DNA from: a virus
Taxonomy: Duplodnaviria > Caudoviricetes
Length of the DNA stretch: 64,000 nt
Strand: one strand, 5' to 3'
IMG/VR virus record: IMGVR_UViG_3300031993_000006
Location: 64,001-128,000 of that record
A program made the position numbers and the translations under genes. The notes beneath the pieces are model-generated. The model was not told the DNA's origin and did no database searches. It saw nothing but the letters and a program-made list of their open reading frames with translations. Position 1 is the stretch's first letter, and every line of letters begins with the position of its first letter. Shown piece by piece: positions 58,061 through 64,000 of this stretch.

Positions 58061-59548
58061 ATGACACCTAACCAGTCTACATCTTATACCCGCAAATGGT
58101 CTGCTGTTCTTAACAGCAACTTGGGTCGTAAGATTAATACTCGGACCGAGGCTTCTGTTCTTGCTACCTTGATGGAAACGCAGAACAAGCTCAACCACGG
58201 TCAGTTGTTCGAATCCGCCAATGTCAGCTCTGATGTTGCCCAATATCAGCAGTATGCATTGCCGCTCATTCGCCGGCAATTCCCTGAATTGTTGGCTATG
58301 AATACCGTTGCCGTTATCCCAACGACAACTCCACATGGGATTTATTTTGCGTTGCGTTATCTTTATGATAACGAACCGCTTAAATCCACAGCATTCCGCT
58401 TCGGCCAGAAGCAGGAAATTGGGTATGATTTGGTCGCAGACCATACCGGTTTCGCTACGACTTTCAATCCGTGGCGTACTGCCGCTGGTGAAATGTTGAG
58501 TAACTTCTCTGAAGGTACTCAGGAACGCACCGGTCTCGCTTACCCGTACGGTTCTTCTTACGGTCAGCTCTACAACAACTTTGGCGGCGACACGATGGAT
58601 GGCTCTGATGAACTCGGTGCTTATGCATACAACATCAAGAAGGCCAGCATCAAGGTGATTTCCGGCGCTATCCGCGTTGGTACTCGCGCTATCAAGAGCC
58701 ATTACACGCTCGAACTCCAGCAGGATATGGCTGCTGCTCACGGTCAGGACGTTGAAGCTCTCTTGCTTGAAGGTCTCCAGTTCGAAATCCAGCAGGAAAT
58801 CGACCGTGAAATCCTCATGGCTATGGTGATGGTCGCTCAGAACGAAAAGCTCGGCGGTGAACGCGTTATCACTGTTGACCTTTCCAAGACTGAATCCGGT
58901 CCGGCTAAGGGTCGTTGGTCTGCTGAAAGCATCGCTTCCGGCATCGTCAACACGCTTATCGCTGTGTCCCGTAAGATTTCCTTGACAACCCGTATGGGTT
59001 GCGGTAACTTCGCGATTGTGTCTCCGGATGTCGCTGCTGCTATCGCTACTGTCAACACCGGTATCTACAACCCGGGTGGCTACCTCGGCACGAATGTCGA
59101 CTTCCAGCCGGCCGGCGGTGTCGCTGACGCTGGTACGCTCCTCAACGGTCAGATTAAGCTCTACCAGGATATCTACGCAAATGCCTCCTACGCTCTCGTG
59201 GGCTTCAAGGGTGGCCGCCAAGGTGAATCAGGCATCATCTTCATGCCTTACATCCCTTATATTTTCACGAAGACTGCGGGGCAGGAAGATGGTTCTCCGC
59301 GCCTCATCGTCAAGAGCCGCTACGCTATCGTGGCTAACCTCTTGGGTGCCGGCCAGTTCTACCGTCTCGTCCAGTTCCTCAACGTCAACAACCTCATTAC
59401 GGGTATCGACCTCAACGAAACTCCGTGGCAGAGCAATGGCTCCTTCAGTGGCGACAGCCTTGAACCGGGTCTTGAATATGTTGTTGACCAGAACGACCCG
59501 ATGGTCAATGCTCCGGGTGGCTTGAGCTTCGAAAACAAGCGCTGGTAA
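58061..59548 (+). CDS. Major capsid protein (T4 gp23-like)
   Basis: LIRRQFPEL, GIYFALRY, TRAIKSHYTLELQQDMAAAHG, EIDREI, GNFAIVSPDVA, VGFKG, FMPY, SRYA. Confidence 0.96.
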   Translation: MTPNQSTSYTRKWSAVLNSNLGRKINTRTEASVLATLMETQNKLNHGQLFESANVSSDVAQYQQYALPLIRRQFPELLAMNTVAVIPTTTPHGIYFALRYLYDNEPLKSTAFRFGQKQEIGYDLVADHTGFATTFNPWRTAAGEMLSNFSEGTQERTGLAYPYGSSYGQLYNNFGGDTMDGSDELGAYAYNIKKASIKVISGAIRVGTRAIKSHYTLELQQDMAAAHGQDVEALLLEGLQFEIQQEIDREILMAMVMVAQNEKLGGERVITVDLSKTESGPAKGRWSAESIASGIVNTLIAVSRKISLTTRMGCGNFAIVSPDVAAAIATVNTGIYNPGGYLGTNVDFQPAGGVADAGTLLNGQIKLYQDIYANASYALVGFKGGRQGESGIIFMPYIPYIFTKTAGQEDGSPRLIVKSRYAIVANLLGAGQFYRLVQFLNVNNLITGIDLNETPWQSNGSFSGDSLEPGLEYVVDQNDPMVNAPGGLSFENKRW

Positions 59549-59582
59549 TCAATCCAGTCTTGAAATAGAAGACCTATTAACG

Positions 59583-59614
59583 CAAGGTGCAGAGAAATCT
59601 GCACCTTGTTTTTT
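59583..59614 (+). terminator. Terminator after the capsid gene
   Basis: CAAGGTGCAGA-GAAA-TCTGCACCTTG-TTTTTT. Confidence 0.9.
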
Positions 59615-59729
59615 ATTTATGACCGCTGACCTGCTATCTTTGTGAATATTATACCACAATATACTAATATATTCTGGCCTGCTATTTTGGTAAGGATGTC
59701 TATATAATTGAAAAATATTTATTTTTCTA

Positions 59730-59758
59730 TTGACTTTTTGATTTACACATACTATATT
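59730..59758 (+). promoter_or_regulatory. Sigma70-type promoter for the endonuclease genes
   Basis: TTGACT-17 bp-TATATT. Confidence 0.7.
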
Positions 59759-59781
59759 TGTAAAAAAAAGGAAGTTAAATT

Positions 59782-61389
59782 ATGAAATGTTTAATATGTG
59801 AATCTAACGGAAAAAACGTTGAATACGAAAAAACAAGTTCATTGGGTACCCATTTGTGGAAAACGCATAATATGAAACCGAAAGAATATTATGATAAGTA
59901 TCTTGCAGGTCCAAATGACGGAAAATGCGCTGAATGCGGGAAACCTACATTGTTTAGAACTATTGGGCAGGGATATTTGGAATTTTGTTCTAAACGTTGT
60001 TCCGCCAAGCATATTGCATCTGATTCTGATAGAAATGCACACAAAATTGCTGCATACAATAATACAATGCGGGAACAATATAATGTAGATAATTGCGCTC
60101 AATTGGTAGAAGTAAAGGAAAAACGGAAGAATACCATGCTTGAGCGTTACGATGTCGAATATTATTCGCAGACGACTGAATTCGTTGATAAGTATCACCG
60201 AACTAACATGGAGCGAAGGGGGGTGCCGAGTGTACTGTCGTTGCCCGAGGTTCGTGCAAAACTGCGTGAAGCTAACATGAAAACTCTTGGGGTTCCTTAT
60301 CGGTTTTGCACTAGCAAGGCAGCCGCAATTAAGGTATATACTGAATTTCTTGGAAATAAAAACTGTGATTTGGTTGAGTTCAAGGATAAGAAACACATCG
60401 TTTATCGTTGCCGTAAGTGTGGGTTTGTAAATACTGAACAGGATTTGTTCCTTAAGGTGAGGGATGGCGCAAACGTCCCTATATGTACCAGATGTTTCCC
60501 GAAAAGTTCACCTGTTTCTGGCGAAGAATCTGAGGTGAGTCGATTTATTGAGTCACTCGGGTTTAACGTACAGCACTATGACCGGGATTTTTTGGACAAG
60601 TATGGTGCTGATATGGTTATCGAAGATAGAAAATTGATTATTGAATTTGACGGTATTCGCTGGCATAATGAGATGTATAGGCCTGATGATTATCATGTCA
60701 CCAAAAGTGATATTGCTGAACGGATGGGCTATCGGATGATTCATTTATTTTCCGATGAATGGGAGGAAAAACGTTCTATTGTGGAAAGCCGATTAAGGTA
60801 TGCACTAGGCATTGCGGGTTTGCCGGTTAATGCGCGTAAATGCACTGTTAGTGTAATCACAGCGGATGAAGCCAAACGGTTCAATGAAGCGTATCACATA
60901 CAGGGTGATGCAGTTTCGTCGGTTCGCTACGGATTATATAAGGATGGCGAATTGGTTGCTGTTATGACTTTTGGCAAGGCTAGGTTTATGCTGGATTCAT
61001 GGGAGCTAATTCGTTATTGTGTGAAGCCTGGATATTCTGTTAGGGGAGGAGCCGGTAGGTTGTTCAGACATTTCATTGACGATGTTCACCCGACTGCCGT
61101 CGTGACGTATGCCGACCGAAGGTGGTCTAATGGACATGGCTTCTATGAAAAGATTGGATTTAAATATGACGGTATTACGGCTCCCGGGTATACCTATGTG
61201 GTGGGGAACCATCGGGAAAGCCGAATGACATATCAGCGTCATAAGATGGTTGGCGATGATGTTGTCGAGGGGAAGAGCGAACATGAAATCATGTATGGTA
61301 GGGGAATATATCGAATATACGATTGTGGAAACTATAGATATTACTGGATGAATGGAAACAACAATATCTTAAATAATAAGGAAATGTAA
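59782..61389 (+). CDS. Hef-like free-standing homing endonuclease (zinc fingers, repeats, Vsr/DUF559-like nuclease, GNAT-like C-terminus)
   Basis: CLIC...HLWKTH, CAECG, IIEFDGIRWH, IHLFSDEW, WELIRYC, TYADRRWS, IYDCG. Confidence 0.8.
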   Translation: MKCLICESNGKNVEYEKTSSLGTHLWKTHNMKPKEYYDKYLAGPNDGKCAECGKPTLFRTIGQGYLEFCSKRCSAKHIASDSDRNAHKIAAYNNTMREQYNVDNCAQLVEVKEKRKNTMLERYDVEYYSQTTEFVDKYHRTNMERRGVPSVLSLPEVRAKLREANMKTLGVPYRFCTSKAAAIKVYTEFLGNKNCDLVEFKDKKHIVYRCRKCGFVNTEQDLFLKVRDGANVPICTRCFPKSSPVSGEESEVSRFIESLGFNVQHYDRDFLDKYGADMVIEDRKLIIEFDGIRWHNEMYRPDDYHVTKSDIAERMGYRMIHLFSDEWEEKRSIVESRLRYALGIAGLPVNARKCTVSVITADEAKRFNEAYHIQGDAVSSVRYGLYKDGELVAVMTFGKARFMLDSWELIRYCVKPGYSVRGGAGRLFRHFIDDVHPTAVVTYADRRWSNGHGFYEKIGFKYDGITAPGYTYVVGNHRESRMTYQRHKMVGDDVVEGKSEHEIMYGRGIYRIYDCGNYRYYWMNGNNNILNNKEM

Positions 61390-61390
61390 A

Positions 61391-63619
61391 ATGCTTAAAA
61401 AGACCCCCGAGAACACCTATCTATGCTCCAAGTGTCCGTTTCCGAACCCGTTTGCAACTGTGCGCCTCCTGGGCATGCACATCGCGTTCACCCACAAGAT
61501 GCCTACGAAGGAATACTACGACGAGTTTCTCAGGGAACCCGGCGAGGGGACTTGCCGCGTGTGCGGCAAGCCCACCAAGTTCAGGTCGTTGGGCGAAGGG
61601 TACAAGGAGACATGTTCCCACAAGTGCGGTTCCGAGTTGATGAAGAGCGACCCGTCCAAGATGGCAGCCAAGAAGGCTAAGACCGAGGCTACCTGCATGG
61701 CCAGGTACGGCGTGTCGAACGGGGGCGCTTCCGCGGCGGCGCTGGAGAAGGCGCAGAAGACCAACATGGAGCGACGCGGGGTCGCCTGGAATATGCAGTC
61801 CCGCGAAGTCGTGGAAAAGTCCAAGAATACCTGCAAGGAAAAGTACGGCACGACCACCTATGTCCACAGTTCGGAAGGTGCCGCCCGTGTGGAGAGCAAG
61901 GTTATGGAGCGGTACGGACGCTCGAATTTCTTTTCCGGTAAGGAAGGGTATGATGCAGCCTCGCGCGGGATGATGGAGAAGCACGGGGTGGACAACGTGA
62001 TGCACGACCCGGCTGTACTCGATAAGAAGCTGGCCGACGACCGGGCGAAGCACGGCGGCAAGCTGTTCGTGGAGACCGAGGAGTTCAAGAGGAAATCCAG
62101 GGACACTCAGTTTGCCGAATACGGCACTTGGTATAGCGCTTCCGAGGAGGGGCGTGCCCGCTACCGTGAAAGCATGATGGGGAAGCACGGGGTTCCCGAG
62201 TATTTCCAGAGTGATGAATTCAAGGGGAAGTCCATGGCAACCATGCTTGACACCCGCGGGGTGGAGAACATTTCGCAGACACAGGAATGGCGGGACAAGG
62301 TCGCCTGGACTTCGATGGAAAAATATGGGGTCGCCCACTTTATGCAGTCGCCGGAAGTCAAGGCGAAGGCGGTTGCCACCAATCTCGAACGGTACGGGGT
62401 GAGTAATTTTGCGCAGACCCTTGCCTGGTATGGGAAGTTTACCGAGACATCGATGGCAAATTGGGGAGTGCCCCATCCTGCACAGAGTAAGGAAGTACAG
62501 GAAAAGAAGGATGCCACCAATCTAGAACGGTATGGCGCACTTAGCTACATGCAGAGTGATGAATACCGTAACCGTATGATGGAAAAGTATTTTAAGATGT
62601 TGGACCTGTACGGCTGTGAACTTGTCGGGCGTCCGTCGAGCGAATCGGTCACTTACCGTTGCTCGAAGTGCGGGCAGGAAATGACCGAACAGATTCAGCT
62701 GGTGAAGGACAGGATTGCGCATGAGGTCACCCCGTGTACATGCTGCCACCCGAAGGATGCCATCGTATCTCTCGAGGAAAGTGAACTGTGCAAGTTTGTC
62801 GAATCCCTTGGTGTCAAGGTTGACCATTACGACCGGGATTTCCTCGGGAAATACGGTGCGGACATCGTAGTGGAGTCTGTAAAGGTGATTATCGAGTACG
62901 ACGGGGTGTACTGGCATTCGGAGCTGTACAAGGACAGCGGGTACCACCTGGAAAAGAAGTTGCTTGCCGAGGACAAGGGTTACCGCCTCGTCCACATCTT
63001 TTCGGACGAGTGGGTGTACAGCAGGAAGATTGTGGAGGCAAGGCTGCGCTACCTGTTCGGGTGTCCTGGGATGGAGAAGGTGTACGCCCGTGACTGCGAG
63101 GTGAAGGAAATCGCCCCCGCGGTCTACCGCGATTTCCTTGACGGCAATCACATACAGGGTTCGGTGAACTCCAGGTGGGCGTACGGGTTGTACCATGGGG
63201 AGCGCCTGGTGTCGGTGATGACTTTCGGCATGGGCAGGTTCGATTCCGGGAAGGTGGAACTGCTTAGGTTCTGTTCGGAGAACGGCGTGTCTGTCCCGGG
63301 TGCGGCAGGGAAGCTGTTCAGACATTTCGTGGACGGGCATCCCGAGGTCGGCGAGATACTGACCTATGCCGACATGAGGTGGAGCGTTGGTGACGCGTTC
63401 TATACGAAGCTCGGGTTTACTTTGGATTCCATGAGTGCCCCCGGGTACTACATAGTGGACGGCGACCGTCGTTACAACCGTATGAACTACCAGCGCCACA
63501 AGATTGCCGGGCCTGGCGACGAGGGGAAGACCGAGCATGACATTACATTGGAGAGAGGGCTGTACCGTATTTATGACTGTGGGCAGTACAAGTATGTGTG
63601 GAAGAGGGGGCTGGTATGA
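61391..63619 (+). CDS. Second Hef-like endonuclease, paralog with expanded (E/K)(R/K)YG repeats
   Basis: IIEYDGVYWH, VHIFSDEW, VELLRFC, TYADMRWS, IYDCG; about a dozen YGV-type repeats. Confidence 0.8.
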   Translation: MLKKTPENTYLCSKCPFPNPFATVRLLGMHIAFTHKMPTKEYYDEFLREPGEGTCRVCGKPTKFRSLGEGYKETCSHKCGSELMKSDPSKMAAKKAKTEATCMARYGVSNGGASAAALEKAQKTNMERRGVAWNMQSREVVEKSKNTCKEKYGTTTYVHSSEGAARVESKVMERYGRSNFFSGKEGYDAASRGMMEKHGVDNVMHDPAVLDKKLADDRAKHGGKLFVETEEFKRKSRDTQFAEYGTWYSASEEGRARYRESMMGKHGVPEYFQSDEFKGKSMATMLDTRGVENISQTQEWRDKVAWTSMEKYGVAHFMQSPEVKAKAVATNLERYGVSNFAQTLAWYGKFTETSMANWGVPHPAQSKEVQEKKDATNLERYGALSYMQSDEYRNRMMEKYFKMLDLYGCELVGRPSSESVTYRCSKCGQEMTEQIQLVKDRIAHEVTPCTCCHPKDAIVSLEESELCKFVESLGVKVDHYDRDFLGKYGADIVVESVKVIIEYDGVYWHSELYKDSGYHLEKKLLAEDKGYRLVHIFSDEWVYSRKIVEARLRYLFGCPGMEKVYARDCEVKEIAPAVYRDFLDGNHIQGSVNSRWAYGLYHGERLVSVMTFGMGRFDSGKVELLRFCSENGVSVPGAAGKLFRHFVDGHPEVGEILTYADMRWSVGDAFYTKLGFTLDSMSAPGYYIVDGDRRYNRMNYQRHKIAGPGDEGKTEHDITLERGLYRIYDCGQYKYVWKRGLV

Positions 63620-64000
63620 CGGAGAAGAACGGAAAGGAAGAAATCGTCATCGATTCTAGCGTGGCCGGGATGGGATGCGGCGAGCCGAATTTCATTGCTT
63701 GTTATAAGAAGGTGGCCGCCAAGGTGGGCGAGGAAGCGGCTATTGGGTTGTACTCGGGGATGACTCCGGGAAAATCCGCGTTCATCCTGGCGTCCGATAC
63801 GAAGCTGGACAATTTCAGTGTGAGGTGGACGTTGCCGAGGCTGATTGAGATTGTCGATAACGGGTACCGGACCAGGAACCAGGTTCTGCATTGCCAGCAA
63901 CATGATAAGCCGGATACCGGTTATTGGTATGACGACTATGACCGCGACGAGTTCTTCGGCACTACCGATACGGTCACATATGCGAGGTGGCTATATAACC
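63616..64000 (+). CDS. Hypothetical protein, truncated by the window edge
   Basis: ATGA overlap with the previous stop; open to the end (MTEKNGKEEIVIDSS...). Confidence 0.65.
   Translation, partial: MTEKNGKEEIVIDSSVAGMGCGEPNFIACYKKVAAKVGEEAAIGLYSGMTPGKSAFILASDTKLDNFSVRWTLPRLIEIVDNGYRTRNQVLHCQQHDKPDTGYWYDDYDRDEFFGTTDTVTYARWLYN

Larger units (their letters stand above)
1..64000. other. Segment of a large T4-related (jumbo-type) dsDNA phage genome
   Basis: T4-like gp20 portal, gp23 capsid, UvsW, RNase H, gp46 and dUTPase among many long ORFans. No bacterial housekeeping operons. Confidence 0.93.

Noticed and set aside
58061-59548. Intron or intein in the capsid or portal gene
   Set aside because: Both ORFs are continuous, of normal length and lack splicing motifs.
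1-64000. Stop-codon reassignment as in some gut megaphages
   Set aside because: Genes are long and intact in code 11, and TAG and TGA end genes at sensible places (uvsW, dut region, rnh, gp46).

Overview
This 64 kb window looks like part of a large (jumbo-type) T4-related phage genome read in the standard genetic code. Recognisable genes: a T4-like portal (gp20) directly followed by a major capsid protein (gp23), UvsW helicase, RNase H/5'-3' exonuclease, gp46/Rad50 ATPase, dUTPase, a Nif3/DUF34 protein, an M16 peptidase, a partial DnaJ, two glycosyltransferase-associated proteins, two probable virion proteins with peptidoglycan-hydrolase-like domains and two tandem Hef-like endonucleases. The left ~25 kb holds large, mostly unannotatable proteins (up to 2703 aa). 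A FISUMP (Fib_succ_major)-like domain hints at a Fibrobacterota or Bacteroidota host, which is an inference. Main observations: (1) two tnpA-less IS200/IS605 tnpB elements plus a ~180 bp mini-element with no ORF that keeps a left end, a promoter and an omegaRNA scaffold homologous to one tnpB's 3' end, a candidate trans-acting guide cassette; (2) a ~200 nt highly structured candidate ncRNA with its own promoter and terminator; (3) a minimal PolA/T7-RNAP-palm-like gene next to a 19-bp direct repeat where strand composition appears to flip, a candidate origin with a dedicated enzyme; (4) two recurrent promoter-like motifs, ATAAACT before structural and cargo genes and GCTATATTT 5-6 nt before the ATG of DNA-metabolism genes; (5) a family of large late-motif proteins sharing an N-terminal LFE/LLE-type segment like the capsid cleavage site, suggesting head-packaged cargo. 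All family calls are motif recognition by eye; no searches were run.
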